DNA of 64,000 nucleotides from an uncultured archaeon (GCA_964549685.1 CAZJVE010000004.1:1-64000), one strand, 5' to 3'; positions 47,652 through 59,035 are shown, counted from the first letter of the stretch. The notes: generated from the letters alone by a model not told the origin. A program made the numbers and translations.

Positions 47652-48317
47652 ATGTTTAACGATATATTTGGCATGTGGAAGAAGCAGGGCCTTATGAGCC
47701 AGGCACTCAAGAACCTGGAGGAGATGTTCAAAGACAGCCGCTGTATGTTTGAGAAGTCAACAAAGGCACTCTTCAATAACGATAAGATAGACGTTGACAT
47801 ATACAAGGCAGACAAGAACCTGAACAAGCTGGAGATGGAGACGAGAAGAAAGATACTCGAGCATCTGTCAATAAACCCGCAGCAGGACATAATCGCATCA
47901 TTTATCTTTGTCGATGTTGTCAGAGACTTAGAACGGATAGGGGACGTCTCCAAGGCAATAATGAAACTGAACGAGGACTACCCCAAGAAGTTTGAGCCGG
48001 GCGAATACACGGACGTTATCACATCCTCCAAGGAGAGGATAGACACCATGTTCGACCTGACTCCAAAGGCCTTTATGGAGGCCGACAGGGATTCTGCCGG
48101 CAAGGTGGAAACAATCTATGAAGACGAGGTAAGGGTAAAGCTTGACAAGCTGGTCAGGAAGATAATGGACGACAAGGAAATAGATGTAAAGAAGGCCATA
48201 GCATATACTCTGGCGGCAAGGTATCTCAGGAGGATAAGCGGCCATCTCGCTAACATAAGCAGCACCGTCGTGAGCCCGTTTGACAGGGTAAGGCACGACA
48301 AGGTGGATATAGATTAA
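47652..48317 (+). CDS. PhoU-family phosphate regulator
   Basis: DLERIGD and YLRRISGH PhoU repeats; adjacent to the Na/Pi transporter. Confidence 0.85.
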   Translation: MFNDIFGMWKKQGLMSQALKNLEEMFKDSRCMFEKSTKALFNNDKIDVDIYKADKNLNKLEMETRRKILEHLSINPQQDIIASFIFVDVVRDLERIGDVSKAIMKLNEDYPKKFEPGEYTDVITSSKERIDTMFDLTPKAFMEADRDSAGKVETIYEDEVRVKLDKLVRKIMDDKEIDVKKAIAYTLAARYLRRISGHLANISSTVVSPFDRVRHDKVDID

Positions 48318-48319
48318 AG

Positions 48320-49963
48320 ATGAGGTCCGACAGAATCAAAAAAGGACTGGGGAGGGCCCCTCACAGGGCGCTACTCTATGCAACGGGAATCTCGAAGGAA
48401 CAGATGGACAAGCCGTTCATCGGAGTTGCGACATCCTTCAGCGACGTCGTCCCGGGGCACATAGAAATGCGAACCCAGGAGAGATTCATCGAGAAGGGAG
48501 TCCATTCCGGAGGGGGCCACTCGTTCTTCTTCGGCGTTCCAGGAATCTGTGACGGGATTGCAATGGGTCATGAGGGAATGAATTATTCTCTCCCTTCCAG
48601 GGAACTGATTGCAGACATCATAGAGTCAATGGCCATGGCCCACGCCTTCGACGGCCTTGTTCTATTGACAAACTGCGATAAAATCACTCCGGGTATGCTG
48701 ATGGGTGCTGCAAGGACCGACATCCCCTCGATAGTCGTTACGGCCGGCCCCATGCTATCCGGTAGATACAAGGGAAGAAAACTCTCGTTAGTCAGGGACA
48801 CATTCGAAGCGCTTGCAAAGTGCCAGGCCGGAGAGCTTCCGGAGGAGGAGGTCCATGCCATGGAAGAGTGCGCATGCCCCGGCGTTGGCTCCTGCCAGGG
48901 CCTCTACACCGCCAATACAATGGCCTGTGTTACCGAAGCACTGGGAATGTCCCTGGAGGGCTGTGGAACGGCCCTCGCAGTATCAGCCAAGAAGAGGAGA
49001 ATCGCATTCAATTCCGGCACGAGAATTGTCTCATTAGTCAAGGAAAATATCACTCCAAGAAAGATTCTGACAAAGAACGCCTTCGAGAACGCCATAAGAG
49101 TAGACATGGCCATGGGCGGCTCTACAAATACGGCATTACATATCCCTGCCATCGCCAATGACGCTGGCATTAAAATCGAGCTGGACCTGTTCGACAAAAT
49201 CAGCAGGGAGACCCCGCACATAACCAACATAAGGCCGGGCGGTGAATTCTTTATGGAAGATGTTGAATTCGCGGGAGGAATCCCCGCTGTTCTGAATATC
49301 ATCAAGGACATGCTGAAGGACAACCCAACCGTCACTGGAAAGGCGATAAAGAAGATTGCTTCCGATGCCGAGGTATCTGACTCAGAGGTCCTGAGGCCCC
49401 TGGACAACCCGTTCCACAAGGAGGGAGGCATCGCGGTCCTGAAGGGAAGCCTTGCCCCCAACGGCTCCGTAATAAAGCAGAGCGCGGTAAACCCGGACAT
49501 GCTCAGGCACGAGGGCCCGGCAAGGGTCTTCGACTCAGAAGATGATGCAATAAAGGCAATCTTCGGCAAGAAGATTAATGAAGGGGACGTAGTCATCATC
49601 CGCTACGAGGGCCCAAAGGGCGGCCCCGGCATGAGGGAGATGCTCTCTCCCACATCAGCAATCTCAGGTATGGGCTACAAGAAGGTCGCGCTCATCACTG
49701 ACGGCAGGTTCTCAGGAGGAACAAGGGGACCGTGCATCGGCCACGTTTCTCCAGAGGCAATGGAGGGCGGCCCTATGGCCATAGTGAAGGAAGGAGATGC
49801 GATAGAAATCGACATCCCCGGCAGGAAGCTGAACCTCAAGCTCTCGGACAAGGAAATAAAGGAAAGGCTCAAGAACTGGAAAAAGCCCAAGAAGAAACTA
49901 ACCGGGCTCCTTGCCCGCTATTCTAAGCTTGTCAGTTCTGCAGACAGGGGCGCAGTATTCTAA
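48320..49963 (+). CDS. ilvD: Dihydroxy-acid dehydratase
   Basis: [42 protein letters not shown]. Confidence 0.97.
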   Translation: MRSDRIKKGLGRAPHRALLYATGISKEQMDKPFIGVATSFSDVVPGHIEMRTQERFIEKGVHSGGGHSFFFGVPGICDGIAMGHEGMNYSLPSRELIADIIESMAMAHAFDGLVLLTNCDKITPGMLMGAARTDIPSIVVTAGPMLSGRYKGRKLSLVRDTFEALAKCQAGELPEEEVHAMEECACPGVGSCQGLYTANTMACVTEALGMSLEGCGTALAVSAKKRRIAFNSGTRIVSLVKENITPRKILTKNAFENAIRVDMAMGGSTNTALHIPAIANDAGIKIELDLFDKISRETPHITNIRPGGEFFMEDVEFAGGIPAVLNIIKDMLKDNPTVTGKAIKKIASDAEVSDSEVLRPLDNPFHKEGGIAVLKGSLAPNGSVIKQSAVNPDMLRHEGPARVFDSEDDAIKAIFGKKINEGDVVIIRYEGPKGGPGMREMLSPTSAISGMGYKKVALITDGRFSGGTRGPCIGHVSPEAMEGGPMAIVKEGDAIEIDIPGRKLNLKLSDKEIKERLKNWKKPKKKLTGLLARYSKLVSSADRGAVF

Positions 49964-50817
49964 TCTTCTATAATCTCTACCCTCTTCATCGCACCGGCAA
50001 CGACCTCATTGTCATAGATGATTCCATCGAATTCTCCGCTGTAAAGCAGCTTGGCATTTATCCCGTAAAGTCCGGCGTCGATGGTGAGGTTGTCCTCTAG
50101 AGCAGGTATCATATACTCATAATCGAATGAACTCTCCCCGGCCGGGATTTTCACTCTCTGGGAGTTGTCAATCCTGTCACAGCCGGAGCGAATCCCTTCA
50201 ACCTTCAGCGTTGCCATTCCGATGTCCCTTTCACTGCCGACCCTGACGAGAACCTTCACCGTTTCCTCAAGTTTATATTCCTCCTTTTCAGTCTCCACCG
50301 AGATGTTCAGTGTGTCCTCCAGCTCGGGTAGCCTTCTTCTCTCCAGTTCGAACTCGTTGGAGTAGTATGTCTCATTCCTCTCGCAGCCGGATACCTCGCT
50401 GTCAGGGCAGCCGAAATACAGGTCGAACCTCTCTCTGTATGTCCCCGGGTCCAGGTAGTTGTTTGCCGACCGCCTCGTCTCAAGGGAGAATTCCTTGCTC
50501 TCGCCGGGAGCCAGGCTGTGGGTAATCTTGTTTTTCTTGCACCTCTTTTCCGATGATGGCCCCCATTTGTTCCAGACCTCCTTTTCGAGAACAAGGTAAT
50601 CGCAGGATGCAAAATGAGCATCCCTATCGAGGCCGTTCTTGACGGTTATGGTGATGGTCTCAGCCTGAACATACTCTTCTTTATCAGTCTTTATCGTAAG
50701 CTCCCCTGCCTGGGGAACGGTCGTTTCCGTCCCTTCCTGTTTCAATCCCTGTTCCGCTTCCTGATGGACACAGCCAGCGAAGAGCAGAAGCACAACCAAA
50801 AACATAATTCCTTTCAT
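49960..50817 (-). CDS. Putative lipoprotein with two Ig-like domains
   Basis: LLFAGC lipobox; T(D/E)KEEY...E domain starts twice. Confidence 0.7.
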   Translation of the reverse strand: MKGIMFLVVLLLFAGCVHQEAEQGLKQEGTETTVPQAGELTIKTDKEEYVQAETITITVKNGLDRDAHFASCDYLVLEKEVWNKWGPSSEKRCKKNKITHSLAPGESKEFSLETRRSANNYLDPGTYRERFDLYFGCPDSEVSGCERNETYYSNEFELERRRLPELEDTLNISVETEKEEYKLEETVKVLVRVGSERDIGMATLKVEGIRSGCDRIDNSQRVKIPAGESSFDYEYMIPALEDNLTIDAGLYGINAKLLYSGEFDGIIYDNEVVAGAMKRVEIIED

Positions 50818-51869
50818 TTTTTGAATTCCTCAACGGCTCCGAGAATTGCTTCAATGAAATCATCTGCCGTTGCGCCAATTAATTGCACGTCGTTCTCGGA
50901 GAAATAATCATTGACCGTCTGCTCAATAGCAGCCCTCTCGGATTCAACTCCTGAAAGGGCCTTCTCAAGCCCCGTAAAGTCTATGTCGTTTACCTGCATG
51001 AAGTCCCCCGTAATTCCAATGGCCCTTATGCTGTCCCCCTCAAGATAGGCGGCAACCCTTATGATGCCCTTTTCGGCGGGATGTATGTAACTGACATTGG
51101 AAACGCTGCAGTGCCCTGGCCTGAATATGAATTTCAGGTCTCTGAACTGCCCTATTTTCTCCTCCCATATCTTTCTCTCCTCGTCATTGAGCGGCTTCTT
51201 CTCCAGTTTCAGGCCGAGGGATTCTTCGAATCCCTGCAATAGATACTGCCTTAATTCGGCGGGCGGAATCTTCCTGCCCAATTCAGCAGTCAGTGTGGTG
51301 ATTCTCTTTTGCGCCGAGGGGACGCCCTTCTTCTCCAGCTTATGGGCCGGAATCTTCGCAATCTGCTTGTAGGTCTCAAAATCCAGGTCCCAGATGACGC
51401 TGCCGTAGACAAGGACGGCATCGCTCTTGCTCATGGCCGTCATCCCTCCAATTTTCTTATCGTCTATATTTATGTCATTAACTGGGGTGAAATTAGCGTT
51501 CAGGCCGAGCTTTTTCAGCCCGATTACCACTCCTTCGGAAAATCTTTTGAAGTTCTCCATCATATCGCTCGAGGCATCTTCCCTGCTGACGCAGACGCCC
51601 CAGGCAGTATTTCCCGGGACCATGAATCCCGCCCCGCCCCCGGTCTCTCTCCTCTCCAGCTTTATACCCAGGCGATTACAGGCATCCAGGTCACATTCCT
51701 CCTCAGCGCACTGGTTCCTGCCGAGAGAGAGAACATTACTTGGACACTCTTCAAGAAAAACGGTATTCGGACTGACTCCCTTATTCATCCCGTCAAGAAG
51801 GGTCGAGTGGATGGCATTGCACTTGAACACCTCGTCCTCCCTTACCTCAAGATAACGCCACAACATCAT
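50814..51869 (-). CDS. lplA: Lipoate-protein ligase A family protein with C-terminal LplB-like domain
   Basis: LGRNQ, RRETGGGA, NDI....KKIGG, ITGDF. Confidence 0.85.
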   Translation of the reverse strand: MMLWRYLEVREDEVFKCNAIHSTLLDGMNKGVSPNTVFLEECPSNVLSLGRNQCAEEECDLDACNRLGIKLERRETGGGAGFMVPGNTAWGVCVSREDASSDMMENFKRFSEGVVIGLKKLGLNANFTPVNDINIDDKKIGGMTAMSKSDAVLVYGSVIWDLDFETYKQIAKIPAHKLEKKGVPSAQKRITTLTAELGRKIPPAELRQYLLQGFEESLGLKLEKKPLNDEERKIWEEKIGQFRDLKFIFRPGHCSVSNVSYIHPAEKGIIRVAAYLEGDSIRAIGITGDFMQVNDIDFTGLEKALSGVESERAAIEQTVNDYFSENDVQLIGATADDFIEAILGAVEEFKK

Positions 51870-51914
51870 GAATCTTAAATTATAGCTATTACAGAAATAA
51901 AAACAGTCAGCGGA

Positions 51915-53879
51915 TTATTCCTCTTCCCCTTCAGGAATCTCTTTGGCCTCTTTTTTTGCCTCCTGAATGACACTCTTGATTTCCTCCTCCATGCTCTCCC
52001 CGGCATCCGGCTTCTCTACGGGTTCCTTTTCCTTGACCGCGGCCTTCTCCCCTGCCGGCAGAGTTTCCCCCTTCACAATCTCTCTCTCCCTCTCGACCAT
52101 GCCCTCACGGCCCCTTCGCGTGTCCTCAAATTCCTGCCTTGCAGTCTCTTTTTCTCTAATCTCCTCTTCGACCCGGTGTCTCTCCTCTATCTCCCTCTTC
52201 TCCTTCTCGGAGCGCCACTTCATAATCACAAATATTATCATAATTATGACTACCACGGCTATACCTACGTTGAATATGTCGCTCAACCTCTCCGTCTCCC
52301 CCAACATCTTTTTATTCGAGGAAATCAAATCCTCCGACTTCGAGATTCCGCTGGAATGGTTAATCTCCTTGTAAAGACCGTTTGCCCTTATCGAATAATC
52401 CTTGGAAACCTCGTAGTTGTTAAGCTCGAAGTACCTCTGGGCTTCAGCATAATAGTTGTTCGCCTCCACCTCCTTTACAATCCCCGCCTGGATGGATGAA
52501 TTCAGCTCCTGCAATTTTTTGTATTCACTGTAACAGCACATACTCTCTTCATCACATTCCATCCCCCTAAGGGTGTCGCTTCCGTTCTTCACATCCGCGG
52601 TTGCCAGCCCATAATCTGCCGACCTGTAGTATCCCTCTGCTGATATGTATCTCAGATTCACATCGTCCATATACCTCAGGCTCTCCTCTATCTTCTCCTT
52701 CAGGACTATACACTTCGACATACCTGCAGAGTAATCTATGGAATCAAAGAGCCCATAGGCATTTTCAACCCTCTCGCTGGCATTCTCGAAGCATCCGGAG
52801 CCGAAGAGGACATAGGCCCTGTCATAATGGTATTCCGCGTCATCCTTGACACTCATCTTCCCCCAGTCCACCCTTATTCTGTCCTGGAGATCCTCGACCA
52901 CGCCAACCTTATCTGAATAGGCCTTCATCTTGACACTGTCATCTGTGCTCCTTGCCAGGTCGAAGAACGTCTGGTATATGTCGTGCGCCATTGCGGCAGT
53001 AGTATTCGCATTAGCATAATCCCCCGTCAGGTAGTAGGTCCTTGCTTCCCTGTAATATCCTTCTGCCTTTTTGTTCTGCTCCGTCTCGTAGATTGACATC
53101 TCGCTATAGATGACGTCCACCAGTTCCTGGGCCTTTGCAGCCCCCACCTCATCATCTATCTTCAGGTAAAGCCTCTTCGCTTCCCCGACATATTCCAAAG
53201 CAGTGTTATAGTTCCCGTAACCCCCCATCCCGTAATACTCCTGCGCCCTGCCGTAGTTTATGTTCGCCATCTCCTCTATCTCGGTTATCTTCTCATCAAC
53301 AGTGCTCAGGAAATTTGTGCATTTTTCAACTCCTACGGTGTCGCTTATCTCCGCATATACTTCAGAGGCGTTCTCGGCATACTCTCTTGCGGTTATGTAA
53401 TTCTCTGATATGAAGAAATCCTCCGCCTGATAGTACAGGCTGTCAGCATATGCCTTTCTACTCGCTTCCACCTTCTCATTAATCTTTGCAATAAGCACGT
53501 CACAGTTGTCGATTCCCTGCTGATAGGGGATTAGGGAATACAGTTCCCTTGACCTGCTCACAAAGTCGGTCGCATCCGCATAATTGCCCTGGTTGTAATA
53601 TTCGAAAGCCTGATAGTAGTAATTGTAGGCCTGGTTCCTAAGACACGTGTTAATCTCGATAATCAACGCAGCTGCGTTGTCCTTACCTTCAGTGTAATGT
53701 GCCCTGTCATAGTAATTCAGGGCAAGCTCTGCAAGTGGGCTGGCGTTCTTGCAGTTGGTATTATCATACTCGTCAAGGGCCTGCTGATAATACATGTCGG
53801 CCAACTCCCTGTCGGAAATGGCATTTACTGTCCCGATTATCAGAATCAAGGCCAGCGCGGTGATGAGTTTAGCTTTCAT
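51915..53879 (-). CDS. Extracellular TPR-repeat protein with C-terminal TM and charged cytoplasmic tail
   Basis: Signal peptide; repeated A..YY..A..YY...NY..A helices; TM IGIAVVVIIMIIFVIM. Confidence 0.8.
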   Translation of the reverse strand: MKAKLITALALILIIGTVNAISDRELADMYYQQALDEYDNTNCKNASPLAELALNYYDRAHYTEGKDNAAALIIEINTCLRNQAYNYYYQAFEYYNQGNYADATDFVSRSRELYSLIPYQQGIDNCDVLIAKINEKVEASRKAYADSLYYQAEDFFISENYITAREYAENASEVYAEISDTVGVEKCTNFLSTVDEKITEIEEMANINYGRAQEYYGMGGYGNYNTALEYVGEAKRLYLKIDDEVGAAKAQELVDVIYSEMSIYETEQNKKAEGYYREARTYYLTGDYANANTTAAMAHDIYQTFFDLARSTDDSVKMKAYSDKVGVVEDLQDRIRVDWGKMSVKDDAEYHYDRAYVLFGSGCFENASERVENAYGLFDSIDYSAGMSKCIVLKEKIEESLRYMDDVNLRYISAEGYYRSADYGLATADVKNGSDTLRGMECDEESMCCYSEYKKLQELNSSIQAGIVKEVEANNYYAEAQRYFELNNYEVSKDYSIRANGLYKEINHSSGISKSEDLISSNKKMLGETERLSDIFNVGIAVVVIIMIIFVIMKWRSEKEKREIEERHRVEEEIREKETARQEFEDTRRGREGMVEREREIVKGETLPAGEKAAVKEKEPVEKPDAGESMEEEIKSVIQEAKKEAKEIPEGEEE

Positions 53880-55863
53880 TATTTATTTCTTCACTATCCT
53901 CTTTTGTTATCTTTTCAATCTCCTCCTCTATTTCTTTACTAATCCCCTCATCTATTTCCCCACCCTTATCCTCTATCTCTGCACTCTCCTCCTTTATTCC
54001 TACACTCTCCTCCTTTACTCCTTCAATCCCTCCCTCCTTTATTCCTTCACCCTCTATCTCTTTACTCTCCTCCTCCTTTACCTCTTCCTTCTCCGTTCCT
54101 TTACTCCCCTCCGTCTTTGTTCCTTTACTCCCTTCCTTTCCCTTTTCTTCACCCCCCTTCTTCGTCTGCTTCACCCCTCTCTTCCTAATAAATATTATCG
54201 CGAGCACTATTATTAATACTGCCGCCATACCTGGAAGCTTGCCTGCGATATCCCCCAGGGCATTGTCCTCGACAGGAATTGTTGTCGGAATCGTCGTGGG
54301 AATCGTCGTTTCCAGCTGAACCGAAGTCGTTGACTCGGGGAGAGAAGTGCTCGTCGTAATCGTGGCCTCCTTTATCCTTCTCGATAACGTATTGCACTTT
54401 GCAATGCCCTCGCCGTCCCTCAATCCTATATACTCCCTTGTCGCGTTCATAATGTAAATACTGGCATTTTCATAGAGGGAGTTGTTGTAGTAATACTCTG
54501 CAAGTTGATAATAGCTCTCGGCAAGCGCTTTCTTCTCATCCCTAACACCTGCTGCAATCTTGGCGATAATTATCGAACACTTGAGCATATTCTCGTTATC
54601 ACCCAATTCCACATATGCTGCCTTTGCCATATTGATATACCGGCTGGAATTGTCATAGTCCTTGATTGTGAAATATCCCTCTGCAATCCTGTAGTACTCG
54701 TCCGCATTATCTCTCTTGACCTGAGTCCAGTTTATGTTGAAGACATAAATTCCATCCGCCGAGGCTATTACGAACTCCTTTTCACCATCGTTTTCGAAGT
54801 CATCGATGACTACGTCGTTTATACTGTATTCAAGGCCGGGGTCATAGATGTGCTCCAGTTCCCCGTCCCTGCTAATCGCATGCAAATGGCTGTCGCTGAG
54901 AAGCAGAATGCTGTCGTTCACCATACCCTCCGCTATTATGCCCCAGATATACTCCCCCGCATCATACTCCCAGATTGCTTCATTGTTTACATCGCGGGCA
55001 TAGGCAACATTCCCCGAGATAAGAAGAATCTCATCGTAATCATCGTCATCAAGATTCAGGGGAATTGCATCGAAATCCCCCTCAGTTATGTTGATTTCCA
55101 CCTCCAGCTCCCCCTCGGTGTTCAGGACGTATATGCTGTCCTCCAGGGAAACGACGAATATCTCCTCACCGGCCCTCGGATAGAAATCGGCGAGATATAT
55201 GCTGCTGACCCCATTGGACAGGCTGTAGTTCCACTCAACAGAGCCCTCAAAGTCCATGATATATATCGAATAGTCGGAATTTGCCAGGATCCATCCCCTC
55301 AGTTCAGTCGACATCGACTCTATGCTGTCGTTGAGAGAATTGTACCAGAGGTATTCATTATAGTTATCAGCAAGTGTTGCCACCCCCTGTCTCGTTCCAC
55401 CCAGTATCTCTTTGTAGCCGTTATCGTCCATGTCAACGGCTTTGATTTCACGCATTATCTTGTTTGATTTAACCTTGCCGGAGGGGAACACCCACCTCAG
55501 CTTGCCGCTGTTCTCAAATATCCATATATTGCCCCTGGCAATGTTCTCGATGCTCTTACCGGAGCTTATGACAATCTCTTTCTTGTTGTCCCACTCAAGG
55601 TCTGATATGCAGATGGATACGAGATTGTTTATGTCATTTTTCCATAAAAGCCCGCCGTCATTTCCGATGACGTAGACTGTATCGCCGCTCACAACAACGA
55701 GCTCACTGACACCGTCGGGGCCCAGGTCCTCGACGTTGATATACCTGCCCTTGCCTCCGATGGCATAATCCCATCTCAGGTCCATGTTTTCTGCTTGAAC
55801 AACATTGAGCAGCATAGAAGCCAGTGCGAGCAGAAGCAATATTTTTTTGGACATCTTATTCAT
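53869..55863 (-). CDS. Secreted beta-propeller (FG-GAP/PQQ-like) + TPR protein with TM and E/K/G-rich tail
   Basis: D.D.DG..E repeats with G.L.W motifs; TPR helices; TM; start at MNKMSKK preferred over the track start at 55929. Confidence 0.75.
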   Translation of the reverse strand: MNKMSKKILLLLALASMLLNVVQAENMDLRWDYAIGGKGRYINVEDLGPDGVSELVVVSGDTVYVIGNDGGLLWKNDINNLVSICISDLEWDNKKEIVISSGKSIENIARGNIWIFENSGKLRWVFPSGKVKSNKIMREIKAVDMDDNGYKEILGGTRQGVATLADNYNEYLWYNSLNDSIESMSTELRGWILANSDYSIYIMDFEGSVEWNYSLSNGVSSIYLADFYPRAGEEIFVVSLEDSIYVLNTEGELEVEINITEGDFDAIPLNLDDDDYDEILLISGNVAYARDVNNEAIWEYDAGEYIWGIIAEGMVNDSILLLSDSHLHAISRDGELEHIYDPGLEYSINDVVIDDFENDGEKEFVIASADGIYVFNINWTQVKRDNADEYYRIAEGYFTIKDYDNSSRYINMAKAAYVELGDNENMLKCSIIIAKIAAGVRDEKKALAESYYQLAEYYYNNSLYENASIYIMNATREYIGLRDGEGIAKCNTLSRRIKEATITTSTSLPESTTSVQLETTIPTTIPTTIPVEDNALGDIAGKLPGMAAVLIIVLAIIFIRKRGVKQTKKGGEEKGKEGSKGTKTEGSKGTEKEEVKEEESKEIEGEGIKEGGIEGVKEESVGIKEESAEIEDKGGEIDEGISKEIEEEIEKITKEDSEEINNES

Positions 55864-55888
55864 AATTTCGAAGGCGGCGATAAATACT

Positions 55889-56782
55889 TTACTTTCCGCC
55901 GATTTCGCCCCTATAATGTTCGGCAGCAACCTCAGGCGGCATCGTATTTATGACAATGCCCGTGCCGAACTCAAAGCCGGCAAACCTCGAGAGCCGGGGC
56001 AGCAGTTCAAGATGGAGATGTAAATCTTTCCCTTCTGGAGCATAATGGATAACGAAGTTATACGGCGGATAATTCAGCGAGGAATTCAGTGCGGATAAAA
56101 TCTTCTTCAGCGCCCCCGCAAAGGACTCTGTCTCTTTTTTATCCATCTCATCCAGGTTTCCAAGATGCCTCTTCGGCATCACCCATGCCTCGAACGGGAA
56201 CCTGGACGCAAATGGCGCAAATGCGGCAGTATATTTGTCCTCATAGACGAGCCTGTCGCTCTTAACCTCGTCCTTCCATGTCCTGCATAGGGGACAACCC
56301 TTACTTGAGGCTCTCACCTCGTTCCTAATCAGTGGTGGAACCATCGTAAGGCCAATAAGCTGCGTATGTGAATGGGGCAGGGAAGCCCCTCCCATCTTCC
56401 CGCTGTTCTTGAAGATTGAGACGTACTTCACTCCAGACTTCTTCTTGATTGCCCTCTGCCTTTCCGAATACATCTTAAGGACCTTGGCTATGTGCCCAAC
56501 GCTCAGGTCGCCAAGATGCTCCCCGTGATTCGGCGTCTCCACAACGACCTCGTGCCATTTCGTTGCTGGAAACTTGTTCGGAAAGGTCCGGATAATCCAC
56601 CTGCCCTTTTCCTCGACCCGTGCTATCTCCGAGGGAGTGGTATTCTCGTTCCCGGGGCAGAAGAAGCAGAGCTTCTCCTTAACCTTACCTGGCTTCTGCA
56701 CGAAGTGCTGGGGCCTCTTCCCCCGACCCTTTGCGATTATCACCCACCTGTCAAGGATGTAGTCCTTCCTCAGTTCGTTCAT
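55889..56782 (-). CDS. galT: Galactose-1-phosphate uridylyltransferase (HIT family)
   Basis: ELRKD...WVIIA..RGKRP, CFFCPGNE, NKFPA, GASLPHSHTQ. Confidence 0.9.
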   Translation of the reverse strand: MNELRKDYILDRWVIIAKGRGKRPQHFVQKPGKVKEKLCFFCPGNENTTPSEIARVEEKGRWIIRTFPNKFPATKWHEVVVETPNHGEHLGDLSVGHIAKVLKMYSERQRAIKKKSGVKYVSIFKNSGKMGGASLPHSHTQLIGLTMVPPLIRNEVRASSKGCPLCRTWKDEVKSDRLVYEDKYTAAFAPFASRFPFEAWVMPKRHLGNLDEMDKKETESFAGALKKILSALNSSLNYPPYNFVIHYAPEGKDLHLHLELLPRLSRFAGFEFGTGIVINTMPPEVAAEHYRGEIGGK

Positions 56783-57792
56783 TTTATGACCTCTGTCTCA
56801 GTTGCAAGATTCTCGGCCTCTTTTTCATCGAGGCCGTCCCTCAGGACGGTGTACCTGTCCCTTATCGAACTGGCCATCACCAGCGCCTTTACTATGTCAT
56901 CGCCGGCAATCCCCAGCCCATCGGCATCCGTCGGAGCCCCTGCCCTCTTCAGAGCGTCCTTCACCCCCTCCCAGTCCGCTTCATGGAGGCGGGCCATCAT
57001 TATCGTTCCAACGCCGCACTGCTCCCCGTGCAATGCTTGTTTTTTACATATCGCATCCAGCGCATGGCTGAACTGATGCTCGGCCCCGGAACAGGGCCTT
57101 GACGAGCCGGCTATTCCGATGGCGACCCCGCTGCTGATAAGCGCCTCAACCAAGATGCTGACATCGTCCTTAATCTTATCCGCAGTTTTCATGACTATCT
57201 CGGCACTGAGCATTGACAGGGAGGCGGCATAATGCCCATAGTACTCGTCCTTCTCATCCCTGCCGAGCTTCCAGTCAAGAACAGCAGTATAGTTCGAGAT
57301 TGCATCCGCACAGCCAGAAGCAATCAGCCTTGGTGGAGAATTCCCTATTATCCTGGTGTCCGCTATAATGCAAACAGGGCTATGAACTCCGACCGAGTAG
57401 GGCTTTTGGCCCTTCAGGGAAACCCTGGGAGAAATAATGCCGTCATGAGATGCAGAGGTTGGTACGGAAAGGAAGGGAATTCCCGCATTATAGGCAAGAA
57501 ATTTACCGGCATCTATGACGTGACCTCCCCCCACGCCGGCTATGTAGGAGACGCCATTCTTTATCATATCCAGGTTCTTCTCAACTACCTGCTTCGCAGA
57601 GCCCTCGATAATCAGGATTTCGGCGTCAAGCTCTTTGGCAACTGCTTCGCCTGCGACCTTCAGCGTATTTTCATCAGCAACAACAAGCGCACTGCCTCTG
57701 AGACCTAGTTCCTTAACAACATCGCCAGTCTTCTCAATAGCCCCCTTGCCTATAACGACTCTCCAGGGAAGCTCTATGTGCTTGACCGCCAT
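56779..57792 (-). CDS. egsA: NAD(P)-dependent glycerol-1-phosphate dehydrogenase
   Basis: GVGGG..ID, PTSASHDG, SRPCSGAEHQFSHALD, LHGEQCG, RDRYTVL. Confidence 0.95.
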   Translation of the reverse strand: MAVKHIELPWRVVIGKGAIEKTGDVVKELGLRGSALVVADENTLKVAGEAVAKELDAEILIIEGSAKQVVEKNLDMIKNGVSYIAGVGGGHVIDAGKFLAYNAGIPFLSVPTSASHDGIISPRVSLKGQKPYSVGVHSPVCIIADTRIIGNSPPRLIASGCADAISNYTAVLDWKLGRDEKDEYYGHYAASLSMLSAEIVMKTADKIKDDVSILVEALISSGVAIGIAGSSRPCSGAEHQFSHALDAICKKQALHGEQCGVGTIMMARLHEADWEGVKDALKRAGAPTDADGLGIAGDDIVKALVMASSIRDRYTVLRDGLDEKEAENLATETEVIK

Positions 57793-57834
57793 ATTACTTT
57801 AGAATATGGTTTTTCCTACGTTAAATAAACCCAT

Positions 57835-58131
57835 TCAGATTATGTTGACCGTCTGTGCGTGTTTTACACCGGATATCTCCATTACGCAATCCTCATCAAC
57901 AAACCCAAGCTCAACGGCCTTCTCAACCACCTCGTTGCCGATAAGATTTGCGATGGTGGCTTCGGCCATAAGCCCGGCCAATTCTTCGATATCTACAAGC
58001 ATGTCCTCATAGAATCCCTCATCAACTTTCAGGCAGAATTCACCGTCCGTCAGAGTATTACCCAGAACCTCTTTGTCGCAGGCCGCAAGAAGAATATCAT
58101 CCTCCCTTCTGTGAATCTTGACGCATATCAT
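57835..58131 (-). CDS. DUF424-family protein
   Basis: LLAACDKEVLG, FYE, ATIANLIG; start MICVKIH at 58131 directly after aIF-2beta. Confidence 0.85.
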   Translation of the reverse strand: MICVKIHRREDDILLAACDKEVLGNTLTDGEFCLKVDEGFYEDMLVDIEELAGLMAEATIANLIGNEVVEKAVELGFVDEDCVMEISGVKHAQTVNII

Positions 58132-58133
58132 CT

Positions 58134-58547
58134 CTACTTGATTTTCCTTAGTGGCCACCAGCCGCCGCATGCGGTGCACTTTATTATCCTCTCGCCGCTG
58201 AGCTCTGTAATCTTCGTGTCGGGTCGGCCGCATTCATGGCACAGTACGAACACCTTGGCGTAGTCCTCAATCTTCTTTGCTATCATGTTCTTCTTCAGGA
58301 CCCTCTGCACTATGGCCCGCTTGCCGTCAAAGGTTGCGGGAGCAGCAAGCTCTTTCGAGAGAAACGTCAATAAATGTTGCGGCTTTCTTCTAAGAACGTC
58401 AACAATCTCATTAAAGTTGGTTATTATGGTCTGGTTGCCCTCAATCAGAGTATCAAGCTCGGGCATCTGGAACCTTGAGTGGTTCTGGAGCTCCTCCGGG
58501 AGGTTCGCCCATGCCCTGTCCAATAAGCTCGCGTAGTCGTAATTCAT
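58134..58547 (-). CDS. eif2b: Translation initiation factor aIF-2 beta subunit
   Basis: YASLLDRA, RFQMP, GNQTIITNF, C-terminal zinc ribbon CHECGRPDT...CTACG. Confidence 0.95.
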   Translation of the reverse strand: MNYDYASLLDRAWANLPEELQNHSRFQMPELDTLIEGNQTIITNFNEIVDVLRRKPQHLLTFLSKELAAPATFDGKRAIVQRVLKKNMIAKKIEDYAKVFVLCHECGRPDTKITELSGERIIKCTACGGWWPLRKIK

Positions 58548-59035
58548 TCGCCTTCGGATTCCTCATCCTCGAGAGTGGCCTGTGTCGTTGGCGGTCCGGG
58601 ATAGGTGATGAATTTCCTGTCGACGTCCCTTATCAGCGAGTCGCAGTCCTGCTTTATTTTCTCAAGGGTTGCCACTATTCTATGCCTCTCCCCCTCCACG
58701 TCGTCTATCATCTCGAAGGGCTCGATGGCAGTCTTGAAATCGTCGGTTTCAACCATCGTATACTCGGAGCGGTTCATGATGTTGGATATCTTCCTGCAGA
58801 CCTTCTCCAGCCACAGGTTCATCTCCACCTTCACCCTGCTCCGAATCATCTTGTCGTTGTCGAGCTCCTCTTTCATAATCCTCACAACCGGAGCCATCGC
58901 AAAGGCGAACTCTCGCCCCCCTGTCTCTTCCATTCCCTCCATGGATTCGTCTTCCGCTCCCTCCACAGGTTCCTCTTTTGCTGCTTCCACAGCGTCTTCC
59001 TCTTCCTTCTCAGTAGGTTCTTTTTCTTCTGTCAT
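58544..59035 (-). CDS. Histone-fold protein with acidic N- and C-terminal extensions
   Basis: FAMAPVVRIMK...KMIRSRVKVEMNLWLEKVC...TMVETDDFKTAI matches the histone-fold helix pattern. Confidence 0.65.
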   Translation of the reverse strand: MTEEKEPTEKEEEDAVEAAKEEPVEGAEDESMEGMEETGGREFAFAMAPVVRIMKEELDNDKMIRSRVKVEMNLWLEKVCRKISNIMNRSEYTMVETDDFKTAIEPFEMIDDVEGERHRIVATLEKIKQDCDSLIRDVDRKFITYPGPPTTQATLEDEESEGE

